64,000 nt of DNA from Candidatus Aenigmatarchaeota archaeon (GTDB lineage Archaea; Aenigmatarchaeota; Aenigmatarchaeia; GW2011-AR5), in contig JACPJW010000001.1 in assembly GCA_016187335.1 (NCBI GenBank), positions 64,001 through 128,000 of the forward strand, written 5' to 3'. Of the stretch, positions 27,955-36,971 are shown piece after piece. The notes beneath the pieces are model-generated. The model was given only the letters and a program-made list of their open reading frames with translations, did not search any database and was not told where the DNA came from. Made by a program: the position numbers and the translations under genes. The first letter of the stretch is position 1, and each line of letters starts with the position of its first letter.

Positions 27955-28015
27955 GGTGAATCTTGAGCAAGATAGAAGAGATAAGAAAAACGTGCGTCTA
28001 AAAAAGAAATAAAAT

Positions 28016-28099
28016 GCTAAGCAGGAGCTCGCGGCGCTAAAAGCGGATGTTTCAGAAATAAAGGCGCTGCTGAAGAACGGCGCGAACGGCGGGAAGTGA
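28016..28099 (+). repeat. Cassette-bounding direct repeat R1 (orphan coiled-coil gene 3' end)
   Basis: Encodes KQELAALKADVSEIKALLKNGANGGK*; near-identical to R2 (28818-28893) and similar to R3 (about 29401-29497). Confidence 0.85.
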
Positions 28100-28149
28100 A
28101 GCAAACTTCTTCCGATAAATATTTAATATCTCAGGACCTGAATATTACT

Positions 28150-28350
28150 ATGACACAGGCAGTAAAGGAAAGCATAGAATCAAGGGTTGAAAGAATAGAA
28201 AAAGAGCTTTCGGTCATTAAGCTTACGATAAGGAAACAGAAATCAAGAAAAGTCAAATTGAACCGCCTCGTCAACAGAATAAGCGCAAAAGCCAAGCCGC
28301 TCGAAACTACTTCTTTAATAAGGGAAATGAGAAAAAAGAATTATGGATAA
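28150..28350 (+). CDS. Putative VapB-like antitoxin
   Basis: 66 aa, basic, overlaps the start of the PIN gene. Confidence 0.65.
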   Translation: MTQAVKESIESRVERIEKELSVIKLTIRKQKSRKVKLNRLVNRISAKAKPLETTSLIREMRKKNYG

Positions 28351-28798
28351 GTTTGTCTTCGACACCACATGGATAGTCAAAGGACTGGTCAAGCCGAGAA
28401 GAAGGAAGGACGACGAAGAATTGCAACATCAGTTAAGATTGCACAATAAAGCCAAAGAATACCTCCAGAAAGTCGAGGAAAATGAAATACGAATGATAAT
28501 TCCTTCGCTTGCTTTAATCGAAACAGCTTCTGTCGTGTCAAGACTCACAAACGATTCTAGTTTGTCTAGGGACGCTGTAAGCTTCTTGTGGGAAAATGCA
28601 GAAAAAATATTCTTTGATTTTGAAACACTTGACACTTCAATAGAAATGGGGATAAAGACAAAATCAAGCGGTTTTGATACGCTTTACCTTGCTTTGCTGA
28701 AACTAACAGGCGCTGCTTTATTGACAGATGACTCAAAACTTCACGATTTGGCAAAGTCAAATGGCTATGAATCAAAATTGTTACGGGAAATGTTATAG
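28343..28798 (+). CDS. vapC: PIN-domain (VapC-like) toxin
   Basis: FVFDTTWIV, IETASV, FDTLYLAL, LLTDDSKL. Confidence 0.85.
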   Translation: MDKFVFDTTWIVKGLVKPRRRKDDEELQHQLRLHNKAKEYLQKVEENEIRMIIPSLALIETASVVSRLTNDSSLSRDAVSFLWENAEKIFFDFETLDTSIEMGIKTKSSGFDTLYLALLKLTGAALLTDDSKLHDLAKSNGYESKLLREML

Positions 28799-28817
28799 AA
28801 AGAAAACGCTTGCTTAA

Positions 28818-28893
28818 TCAGGAACTCGCGGCGCTGAAAGAGGATGTCTCTGAAATAAAGGCGCTGCTGAGGAGCGGGAACGGCGGAAAGTGA
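28818..28893 (+). repeat. Cassette-bounding direct repeat R2
   Basis: Encodes QELAALKEDVSEIKALLRSGNGGK*. Confidence 0.85.
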
Positions 28894-28904
28894 GAAAAAG
28901 AAGC

Positions 28905-29105
28905 TTAAGCCTTCAGAACTTCATAGGAAACTTCCAGCGGCTTTTTTGTATGCTTTGACGCCTTCAGGACCTCGATAGAAACAATCTTGCCGTGCTTGTC
29001 ATAATCGACTATAACGCCTTCCTTCACCTCGTCGCTTTCCTCTATTTCGGCGTCTCTCAAGATGAAATTCAGCGTGTCGGTTTCAGGATCGTATAAAACT
29101 TTCAT
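28905..29105 (-). CDS. DUF2283-like protein
   Basis: YDPETDTL...GVIVDYDKHGKIVSIEVL pattern. Confidence 0.8.
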   Translation of the reverse strand: MKVLYDPETDTLNFILRDAEIEESDEVKEGVIVDYDKHGKIVSIEVLKASKHTKKPLEVSYEVLKA

Positions 29106-29362
29106 TTTTTCACCCAGTATTTCCTTATTTTTGACGTTTTGTAAGCTGTTATTACTTTCAAACCTTTTATATCTTCCTCGGCAAAGACTCTCAATAGCAT
29201 TTCTTTCTTAAGAAGCTTGTCAAAATATTTTGACTGGCAAACCCATATTTCGCCTTTTTTCAGTTTTTGCTGCGGGTTTCTCGTCACCTTCAATACATGC
29301 TTCTTTTCTATCCTGCGCTTCTGGATTTCTATTTCTGCATGCAGGGAAAATGCAATTTTCAT
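29102..29362 (-). CDS. DUF4258-like (RelE/BrnT-fold) putative toxin
   Basis: FSLHA.....RRI...LRV.......VITAY; translationally coupled to the DUF2283-like gene. Confidence 0.75.
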   Translation of the reverse strand: MKIAFSLHAEIEIQKRRIEKKHVLKVTRNPQQKLKKGEIWVCQSKYFDKLLKKEMLLRVFAEEDIKGLKVITAYKTSKIRKYWVKK

Positions 29363-29400
29363 GAAATAACTATTAAGTCAGTCAACTTAAATAATGAAAC

Positions 29401-29497
29401 TGAAGAAAACGCCGCGGTGAAATCAGAGTTCGCATCGCTAAGGGTAGCGTTGATAAGATAAAGGCGATGCTGAAGAATGGCGCTAACGGAAACCTGA
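29401..29497 (+). repeat. Cassette-bounding direct repeat R3 (diverged, frameshifted)
   Basis: GATAAAGGCGATGCTGAAGAATGGCGCTAACGGAAAC versus R1 AATAAAGGCGCTGCTGAAGAACGGCGCGAACGGCGGG. Confidence 0.7.
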
Positions 29498-29562
29498 GAA
29501 GTAGAATCAAAGTAGAAAACGGATATTTTGATGGAAAAATCTTTTCTGTTCGTTTTTGCTCT

Positions 29563-30432
29563 TCACCCGACCAGCACGAATGCCGTGTAGCCGAAGACCA
29601 CAAGGACGAGGGCATGTTTCATCCCGGCGATGACTGTCCCCTCGGACATCTTGCCTATGGCAATGCCGGCGAAGAATCCCTGTATGACAATCAGGTTGCG
29701 GAACAGCTCGATGTAAATTTTTGACAGGTCAGCGCCGGTGTTTTCCTGCAGCTGGAAAGAAGGAATGAGGAATGTTGACAAGCCTATCATGACGCCCAGA
29801 AATACCACGTAAATTAAATATCCGTTGATCATCTGGCTGTAGACGGACGCTGATCTTTCTTTTTTGATGCGCTCCAGCTCCTGCACGGACTCGACGACAG
29901 CTTCCAGGACAGTGTCTATGGTTCCGCCGCTCTTGTGCGCCTCTATGATTGTCTGCACCGTCCTTTTCAGGCTGTCGGAGCCGACGCGCTCCGCGAAATC
30001 CTTGAGCACCACGTCAAAAGGAATGCCCCACGAAATCTTTGCGCTGATTTCATGGACGTAAGGCGTCAGGTCGTCGTAATAGTTTGTTGTTGCTGTCCTT
30101 ATCGCCTGCGGAAGCGTCATGCCCGAGTGTATGTTCCCCGTGACATCGCTGAGGAACTTGGGGAACATCTCCTCTATTTTCTTGACCCTCTTGTACTCGC
30201 TGTACTTGAACATAAGGGGTATGCCCAGGGTTATCAGGACGGCGGCAAGATTTATCATGGAAAAAATCTGCGGCTGCTGCGGAAAGAACCGCACGTTTAT
30301 GTAAACAAGTACCACGCCGATGAACGTTGTTATCAGCGTCAGCTCCTTCAGGTCCATTCTTTTGTCCAGCTTGAGCTTTTTCTCTTTCTTTCCGAAAATG
30401 TCCCTGATGATTTTCGGGGTTTTGAACTTCAT
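29563..30432 (-). CDS. Type II/IV secretion system F-family membrane platform protein (TadC-like)
   Basis: IEEMFPKFLSDV.GNIHSGMTLPQAI, SWGIPF..VL..FAER, KSGG, IAIGKMSEG. Confidence 0.9.
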   Translation of the reverse strand: MKFKTPKIIRDIFGKKEKKLKLDKRMDLKELTLITTFIGVVLVYINVRFFPQQPQIFSMINLAAVLITLGIPLMFKYSEYKRVKKIEEMFPKFLSDVTGNIHSGMTLPQAIRTATTNYYDDLTPYVHEISAKISWGIPFDVVLKDFAERVGSDSLKRTVQTIIEAHKSGGTIDTVLEAVVESVQELERIKKERSASVYSQMINGYLIYVVFLGVMIGLSTFLIPSFQLQENTGADLSKIYIELFRNLIVIQGFFAGIAIGKMSEGTVIAGMKHALVLVVFGYTAFVLVG

Positions 30433-30596
30433 GGAATCACTTCTGCCAAGATGGAAAGGTTGTCGGATTTATTCTAGTTGGAATTTTCTTTCCGATTCTG
30501 CTTTTCCTTTAATTTCATTTTCATCTTTGCCTGTTATTTCCGTTTCGTTTGATTTTCCTTCCGGTTTTTCTTTGGAATCCATCGCTTTCCGTTTTG

Positions 30597-31490
30597 CTAA
30601 ACCTTCGGCTGCGTGTAGTGGATGAACAGCACGAACAGCGTGTTCAGCGCCGGTATCAGCACGTAAATGCCGAGGCGCATCGCCGTTGTTATGCTCAGCC
30701 CGCCGACGCTTCCGCCGACCAGGGACATTATGGAAAGTATGGAAACGAAGAAAAGCGGCGCGGCGATGAGCACCGCCGTGTAGAAGTCCGCGTAGGTGCT
30801 CAGTGTCTGCAGGTATTTTTCCCTTTTCAGCCTGTAGTCAAACAACGCCTCTTTTCCGCTGTTCTCCATATACTTTCTCAGGTCGCCGCCGGTGGTTATT
30901 GTCGACGTGATGCCGTACAAAAACTGCCTGAACTCCTCTGAAGGCGTCCTGTCGGCCACGTTTTTTATGGCTGACGTCACGTCCATGCCGAAAACGTCTA
31001 TGTTCCTCACTATTCTTTTGAACTCGTTGCTCACCTCGCCGTATTCCTTGACGTTCATCAGCAGCTTGAATATAACGAAAGGCGGGACGCCGCTCGCGGA
31101 TATGGCAGCCATGTGGTTGATGGCGAACGGCATGTTGGAGTCTATTGAAGTTTTCTTGGAAGTTATCAGCTGGAAAGGATACGAGTAGGAAACGAACAGC
31201 ACGACAAAAAATACGGTCACCGCGCCTACAACGCCGGAAAGGACGGCCATCCACAGCGGTATGTTGAAAAAAGCCAGGAACAGGATGGATAAAAAGAGAA
31301 AGGCCGCCAGCGACGCTGCAACGGAATAGAAAACCATCTTGCCGACGTAAATCTCGTAAAGGATGCCGAGGTTTGACTTTGAGAGCTCTTCTTTCAGCGT
31401 CGTCAGCTGTTTTGAAAGGTGCTTTGTCCCCATCCTGCTGCAGAACTTTATTATGTCGTTGTACATCGCATCACTGTGCCGGGATGTCAA
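30597..31490 (-). CDS. Type II/IV secretion system F-family protein (TadB-like)
   Basis: IDSNMPFAINHMAAISASG, YGEVSNEF, ADRTPS..F..FL. Confidence 0.9.
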   Translation of the reverse strand: MTSRHSDAMYNDIIKFCSRMGTKHLSKQLTTLKEELSKSNLGILYEIYVGKMVFYSVAASLAAFLFLSILFLAFFNIPLWMAVLSGVVGAVTVFFVVLFVSYSYPFQLITSKKTSIDSNMPFAINHMAAISASGVPPFVIFKLLMNVKEYGEVSNEFKRIVRNIDVFGMDVTSAIKNVADRTPSEEFRQFLYGITSTITTGGDLRKYMENSGKEALFDYRLKREKYLQTLSTYADFYTAVLIAAPLFFVSILSIMSLVGGSVGGLSITTAMRLGIYVLIPALNTLFVLFIHYTQPKV

Positions 31491-31551
31491 GCCTGTAACG
31501 GCAATAATTTTCCAGCGGATTATCCTTCTATCCTTCCTGCTGCTTATAATT

Positions 31552-32220
31552 TTACTTGTACGTCTTCGCTGAAACTACTATGCCCTTGTCGGTGATTTCG
31601 TAAGAATGAATCTTCCTTGTATGGTTGGTGAGCCTCATCTTCCAGACGGTAAGCGCGCGCCTGTACTCGCCGTCCATGAACTTGTTATTGAGCAGGATTA
31701 CGCCGTCTGTCAGGAACTCCTCGACGCCGAAGCGCGACAGCCCTTCTCCGACCACTTCGGATATAAGCAGCGACGTGCAGCCGTTTTTTCTCATGAGGCT
31801 GCTTATCATGAGCATCATCCTTCTCAGCTCGCCCTCGTCGTGGATGTAAATGCCCAGGGACGACACGGAATCTATGACGATCCTTTTCGCGCCTGTCTCG
31901 CGTATGTTGTTTTCTATCACTTCCAGGATATCTTCTATCCTGAAAGGGTCGTATTTCAGGAAGCGTACTTTGTCTTTTTTTTCCAGGGCGTCCACGGGCC
32001 AGCCGAAGTTTCTTGCAATAATCCGCAGCTGCTCTATTTCTTGCTCAAAGCTGACAAAAATGCCCGGCTCGCTTTCTGCGGCGCTGAGCAGGAACTGCAG
32101 GCCGAAAACAGTTTTCCCCGCGCCCGAAACGCCGCTGAGCAGGACAAGGTCTTTTTCAGGGACGCCTCCGCCGATAAGCTCGTCAAGCCCTTTCACGCCG
32201 GTGGAAATTCTTTTTACCAT
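31552..32220 (-). CDS. KaiC/RAD55-like RecA-superfamily ATPase (single domain)
   Basis: RISTGVKGLDELIGGG, GVSGAGKT, IVIDSVS, EEFLTDGVI, KMR.TNH. Start set at MVKRIS. Confidence 0.9.
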   Translation of the reverse strand: MVKRISTGVKGLDELIGGGVPEKDLVLLSGVSGAGKTVFGLQFLLSAAESEPGIFVSFEQEIEQLRIIARNFGWPVDALEKKDKVRFLKYDPFRIEDILEVIENNIRETGAKRIVIDSVSSLGIYIHDEGELRRMMLMISSLMRKNGCTSLLISEVVGEGLSRFGVEEFLTDGVILLNNKFMDGEYRRALTVWKMRLTNHTRKIHSYEITDKGIVVSAKTYK

Positions 32221-32368
32221 ATCATCACAGAAAATTTTCCCCTCAACACGGATCATTTGGCTTCGTTCTGGGCATTTGCAACGCGAATCTTTTGAAATTT
32301 GGCGGGAATTTACTGGACAGCTTTTATAGTTCTCCAAGGAAACATTCAGGTATTAGTTTCCTTGGGAA

Positions 32369-35300
32369 CTATACATGGTGAAGCTTCGCTTCACCTGTAC
32401 AGGAGAACCTTCGGTTCTCCATGTATGTGAAACCAGAAATCATGTCCAGATTCTTTTCTGGTTTCCTGTCAGCCGCTTCGGGGTCGCGCGCGTACATCCT
32501 CAGGTATTTGATGACGTCCTCCAGTTTCGTTATGTTGTTGTCAAGCATCCAGTTGAGCAGCTTTTTCCTTCTTGAGATGTCCTTGAGTATCGTGTTCATA
32601 GGTATCCCTTTCTCCGTGGACAGCCTGCTTAGGACCCATGAACTGCCGTGGTATTCAAAGCTGTCCTCGGCGGGCAGCCATATGAAAACCTTCGCGGCGC
32701 GCGCCCTTCCAGTTTCAGGTTCGATGCTCTCTATTTCGGCAATTTCTTTTATGCGCCTCGCTGACTTGCCTTTTTCGCGCGCGTGGACCATGACCAGCAC
32801 GACATCCAGCGCGTCAAGAAGCCCCGGCGAAAGGCTTATAGGCTTTGTCTGCAGCCGCTTGATGACATCGTCAACGCTGCCGGCGTGCATCGTTGCCATG
32901 GAAGGGTGGCCGGAATTGTGCAATAAAACGCCGCCAAATCCTCCGACAAAATTTTGCTTGCCTGTAACAACCAGATCGTACACGTCAACAGGATTTTCAA
33001 AAGATAGTTTTTCTATATTCCGTACCCTGTCAAAGTATATGTCACCTATTATTTTGCCCCCGCCTTTAGACTTCGTATCCTTAAAGCTGTTTTTTTTCAG
33101 AGGTCTGATATATTTCAAAAATTCTCTTTTGTCATTTACTTTTCCAAATAGCACTTCATAATCCTTTGTGCCTCTTCCTTTTCTTTCCCTTTCAATAATG
33201 GTCGCTACAATTCCATAAACAAGAAGCAACTGCGTCAAGTCGCTGGCAAGCTCTTTGGAAATTGTATAGTATCCGAATCTTTTCCCGAAGGTGCCATCGC
33301 CGTTATACAATCCAGAAAGGAATTTACCTATTTTTTCCTTGCTCAATCCAAATATGAAATCAGGTATTTTCTTTTCCTTTCCATGACCTGCATGCTGTTT
33401 CAGTAGCTCAAAAAGCACCTTGTGGTTGAATGACAGTTCAGTTGAAACACCCCATCCGTGGGTTTCTCTTTCTTTCGGCTCCTTGCCTGTAACTGCCTTT
33501 ATGCATTTCTTCATGTCTTCGATTATTTCAGGTTGTTTTGCATAAAGGCTGATGCGGTTTGATTTCCTGCCCATGTCCAAGCTTCCTTCAGAAATGTAAT
33601 ACCCTACTAATCGCAGCAGCTCAGGTGTAATAGGCAGATGCGCCGGAAATGACTCGCTTTTTCTGTCGTATCTCACTTGTATTTCTTCAGCAGTATACTT
33701 GATACCAGCCGCTTCCATAAGAGCCTGGAATATTTTTAATTTCATGGCTGAAGGCTTTCTTCCAGAAAAATCAGCATAGTAGCTCGAAACGCTCGGGCAT
33801 ATTCTGCACGCTGCTTCGTATCCGAGTTTCCTGACAGCCTCCCTAACAAGCTTAGGTGCGTAAACCCTGCAGTCTATAAGCAATTTCGTAATATCAAGGT
33901 GCTCCAAGTCATTAAGTCCTGCCGGAAGTCTTGCAGGAATTAGGACAACGCTCCCTTCCTTTAGTTCCTCGGTTCTAGAAACAGTTATTTTCCCATTCTC
34001 AAAGGAAAACAAAGAATGGTCTGGTGTAGTTATTACACTTCTTCCTGTCCGAGTTGTTATTTTATAAAGCTCCCTTCTTGGGGCGTGTTTTCGCTTCTGG
34101 AAAGGCATTAATTCTATTTTGAACTTGTTCGTGTCAAGGGCAGGTACTCTGAAACTTGTCCGGGGCTCGAGCTTTCCGATAGGTATCCGCTTAAGCTGGT
34201 TGTCGTTCAAGATCAATACTTTCTCTTCTGCCGGAATAGAAGCCATTGCCTGGAACATGACGTAAGCTTCCTTTCCCCTTATCTCGCCTACGATGAGGTA
34301 GTCGGGGTTCTGCCTGAACGATTCCTTTAGCAGTTCGAACATTGAAACCTCGCCGACGCCGCTGCTGCCGAAGGATGTTCTCGCAACGCCGGGTATCCAG
34401 TTCTCGTGCGGCAAAGAAAGTTCTCGCGTGTCCTCTATGCTAACGATTTTCGCTTCTTCCTTTATGAACAGCGAGAGCGTGTTGAGTATTGATGTCTTGC
34501 CCGTAGCGACCCCGCCTGTTATCAGCACGTTCGCGCCGTTCTCGACAACAAACCACAGGTAGGCGAGCATTTCCTCAGAAGCTGTCCCGAGCTTTATCAT
34601 GTCAACAGGGTTGAACGGCGTTTCCCTGAACTTCCTGATGGAGAACGTGGGCCCTCTTGTCGTCACGTCGCTGGCTATTGACGCCTGCACTCGAGTGCCG
34701 TCAGGCAACGAGCCGTCCAGCAGGGGCTCAGCGTAGCTTATGTACCTGTCGCACCTCTCCGCAAGCTTCGTGACAAAATTTCTCAGCTTGTCAACGTCGC
34801 TGTAGACGATGCTTGTTTTTATTGAGCCGTATTTCTGGTGGACGATGTAAACGTTGACGGAAACCCCGTCGCAGCCTATGTCCTCTATGTAGGGGTCGTG
34901 CAGGAAAGGCTCTATCTCGTTGAGCCCGATGAAGTCGCGGTAGATGTAGTACATTATTTTTATCAGCTCGATGTCGCTCAGCTTGAAGTCGTACTGCTTC
35001 ACCAGCATGTCTATGTTTTCCTCAAGGAATTCCAGGAGTTTCTGCTCGTTCTTCACGTCGCCGAGGCTCACTTTTATCACCTGGACAAGCCCCTCCTTCA
35101 GCTTCTCAAGTATGTTTTTCTCTTTGCTGGTCAGCCTGGGCTCTGTGATCTTGTAAACAAGGGAGTGCTCCAGGGGGTCCCATTTTATGTTCGCGTAGGA
35201 ATAAGGCGGTATAAGAGGGTATATGACTCCCGTGCGCTTCACCTCTTCCGGCGACGGCAGCGTTTTCAAGGTTTTCACAGGAATGATGCCGAACTTCAGG

Positions 35301-35428
35301 CCTTCCTTGTTCCGCGCCTTTATGGCGTAAATCATCTCGGCCGCCCTTGAGTTAAATACAGGAGGTTTTTCACTTTTTGATATCTTCCTGTAAAGGGCTC
35401 CTCTCAGGCTTTTTATTTTGTCGAGCAT
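32369..35428 (-). CDS. Type IV pilus assembly ATPase (TadA/VirB11/FlaI family) containing an intein
   Basis: GGVATGKTS, SIEDTREL, RQNPDYLIVGEIRG, GHPSMATMHA. Confidence 0.92.
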   Translation of the reverse strand: MLDKIKSLRGALYRKISKSEKPPVFNSRAAEMIYAIKARNKEGLKFGIIPVKTLKTLPSPEEVKRTGVIYPLIPPYSYANIKWDPLEHSLVYKITEPRLTSKEKNILEKLKEGLVQVIKVSLGDVKNEQKLLEFLEENIDMLVKQYDFKLSDIELIKIMYYIYRDFIGLNEIEPFLHDPYIEDIGCDGVSVNVYIVHQKYGSIKTSIVYSDVDKLRNFVTKLAERCDRYISYAEPLLDGSLPDGTRVQASIASDVTTRGPTFSIRKFRETPFNPVDMIKLGTASEEMLAYLWFVVENGANVLITGGVATGKTSILNTLSLFIKEEAKIVSIEDTRELSLPHENWIPGVARTSFGSSGVGEVSMFELLKESFRQNPDYLIVGEIRGKEAYVMFQAMASIPAEEKVLILNDNQLKRIPIGKLEPRTSFRVPALDTNKFKIELMPFQKRKHAPRRELYKITTRTGRSVITTPDHSLFSFENGKITVSRTEELKEGSVVLIPARLPAGLNDLEHLDITKLLIDCRVYAPKLVREAVRKLGYEAACRICPSVSSYYADFSGRKPSAMKLKIFQALMEAAGIKYTAEEIQVRYDRKSESFPAHLPITPELLRLVGYYISEGSLDMGRKSNRISLYAKQPEIIEDMKKCIKAVTGKEPKERETHGWGVSTELSFNHKVLFELLKQHAGHGKEKKIPDFIFGLSKEKIGKFLSGLYNGDGTFGKRFGYYTISKELASDLTQLLLVYGIVATIIERERKGRGTKDYEVLFGKVNDKREFLKYIRPLKKNSFKDTKSKGGGKIIGDIYFDRVRNIEKLSFENPVDVYDLVVTGKQNFVGGFGGVLLHNSGHPSMATMHAGSVDDVIKRLQTKPISLSPGLLDALDVVLVMVHAREKGKSARRIKEIAEIESIEPETGRARAAKVFIWLPAEDSFEYHGSSWVLSRLSTEKGIPMNTILKDISRRKKLLNWMLDNNITKLEDVIKYLRMYARDPEAADRKPEKNLDMISGFTYMENRRFSCTGEAKLHHV
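32915..34240 (-). mobile_element. 442-aa intein with LAGLIDADG homing endonuclease
   Basis: Starts SIPAEE after QAMA and ends VLLHN before +1 Ser; block B TTPDHSLF; LAGLIDADG motifs LVGYYISEGS and FLSGLYNGDGT; VYDLVV block F. Confidence 0.92.
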
Positions 35429-35497
35429 CAGTCCACCTTTGACCAGACTTTTTGGTCAGATTTTTTTTTGATCAAACTTTTTTTCCAAAAAAGTTTG

Positions 35498-35788
35498 CTA
35501 TTGGTTGCTTTCTTCGTCTCTTCCGAAGCGCGAGCCCCTTGAGCGGCCGATTTTCACAATGCCGCGGAAGCGCGCGCACGAAGGGCATACGTACATCTTC
35601 CTGCCGAACGTTGAAACAAATCTGCGGTCTATCTGTTTCCTCAGGACAGGGTCGGTAATCCTGAAGCTCTTGATAACGCTTATCGTTTTCCATCTCGGGA
35701 CGCTTTTGCTGCAGTAACCGCACGAGACGGTGGATTCGTGTCCCTTTGACTTTGTGTGATGATATCCTCTTTTGTAAGGTGCCGGCAT
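35498..35788 (-). CDS. rps26e: 30S ribosomal protein S26e
   Basis: KGHE..VSCGYC...VPRWK.I...YVCPSCARFRGIVK. Confidence 0.8.
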   Translation of the reverse strand: MPAPYKRGYHHTKSKGHESTVSCGYCSKSVPRWKTISVIKSFRITDPVLRKQIDRRFVSTFGRKMYVCPSCARFRGIVKIGRSRGSRFGRDEESNQ

Positions 35789-35865
35789 TTCTATCAACTC
35801 CGTTTTTATATATTCTATTGCCTGCCCTTATATAATAATTTAAGGTTAATTAAGAAATTGGGTTC

Positions 35866-36948
35866 ATGGGAGCAGCGACATCAGGAAATATTGAAAAAAT
35901 CCTCGGGGAGAAGGCGCCTCTTATTGACAGAACAATAGAAAAATACCTGCCGAAGAAATACAATGAAAAATCGATGGAGTTTACGTTTGGAAAGGCAAGA
36001 TACCGCTTCAGCGCTGAAGCCGCGGACAAGGCACTGGCCGTTCCCGTATGGGACCTGCTTGGCAGGGGCGGCAAGAGGTGGCGCCCTTTTCTTTTTCTCA
36101 CAACCTGCGAAGCGCTTGGCGGGAATCCTAAAAAATTTCTTGATTTCGTCGCGCTGATTGAACTCATACATAATGGGAGCCTTATCATTGACGACATCGA
36201 AGATAGCAGCGAATTGAGAAGGGGAAAGCCCTGCACGTACAAAATTTTCGGCACGGACACTGCCGTAAACGCCGGCAACTTCATGTATTTCGCACCACTT
36301 CTTGTCTTGCTAAAAAGTAAAATGCCTGAACAAAAGAAGCTCCGCGCCTACGAAATTTATGCGCAGGAACTCATCAATATCCATCTCGGCCAGGCCATGG
36401 ACATTTTGTGGCACCGCGGGATTGCCGAGCCTGCTGGAGAGCAGGAATATTTGCAGATGTGCGCGTTCAAGACCGGCACATTAGCAAGGCTAGCCGCGAA
36501 GCTCGGCGCGCTGTGCGCCGGCGCCGATGAAAAAACAATGGAAACAATGGGCGCGCTTGCCGAATCCTTGGGCGTCGCTTTCCAGATACAGGACGATGTC
36601 CTCAACCTCACCGCCGCAAGCAACAAGGGCCAGTTCGTCAAGCATTATTTGGGCGAGGACATCCATGAGGGAAAAAGAACTTTGATGGTAATCCGCACGC
36701 TTGAAAAAGCTTCCGCAACCGACAGGAAACGCTTGGTAAAAATTTTAAGCATGCACACGTCTGACAAAAAACTTATTAATGAAGCCATAGCAATATTGAA
36801 TAGATACGGCGCGATAGATTATGCAAAAGAACGCGCGAAAAGCATTGTGAAAAAGTCATGGGGCGAAGCTGACAAAATCCTCAGGTCTTCGCAGTCAAAG
36901 GATAACCTGAAAGCCCTGGTCAGCTTTGCAATAGAAAGGGAATTTTAA
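35866..36948 (+). CDS. idsA: Polyprenyl (geranylgeranyl) diphosphate synthase
   Basis: GGKRWRP, HNGSLIIDDIEDSSELRRG, GQAMD, KTG, FQIQDD. Confidence 0.9.
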   Translation: MGAATSGNIEKILGEKAPLIDRTIEKYLPKKYNEKSMEFTFGKARYRFSAEAADKALAVPVWDLLGRGGKRWRPFLFLTTCEALGGNPKKFLDFVALIELIHNGSLIIDDIEDSSELRRGKPCTYKIFGTDTAVNAGNFMYFAPLLVLLKSKMPEQKKLRAYEIYAQELINIHLGQAMDILWHRGIAEPAGEQEYLQMCAFKTGTLARLAAKLGALCAGADEKTMETMGALAESLGVAFQIQDDVLNLTAASNKGQFVKHYLGEDIHEGKRTLMVIRTLEKASATDRKRLVKILSMHTSDKKLINEAIAILNRYGAIDYAKERAKSIVKKSWGEADKILRSSQSKDNLKALVSFAIEREF

Positions 36949-36971
36949 TTCTTTCTCATCAATTATGGACT

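Noticed and set aside
30476-30590. 37-aa charged ORF (MDSKEKPEG...) between tadB and tadC
   Set aside because: Low-complexity, no motif; cannot be supported as a gene.
11219-35428. Archaellum (motility) operon
   Set aside because: No FlaF/FlaG/FlaJ-type or chemotaxis genes; split TadB/TadC platform proteins and lectin-tipped pilins indicate an adhesive type IV pilus.
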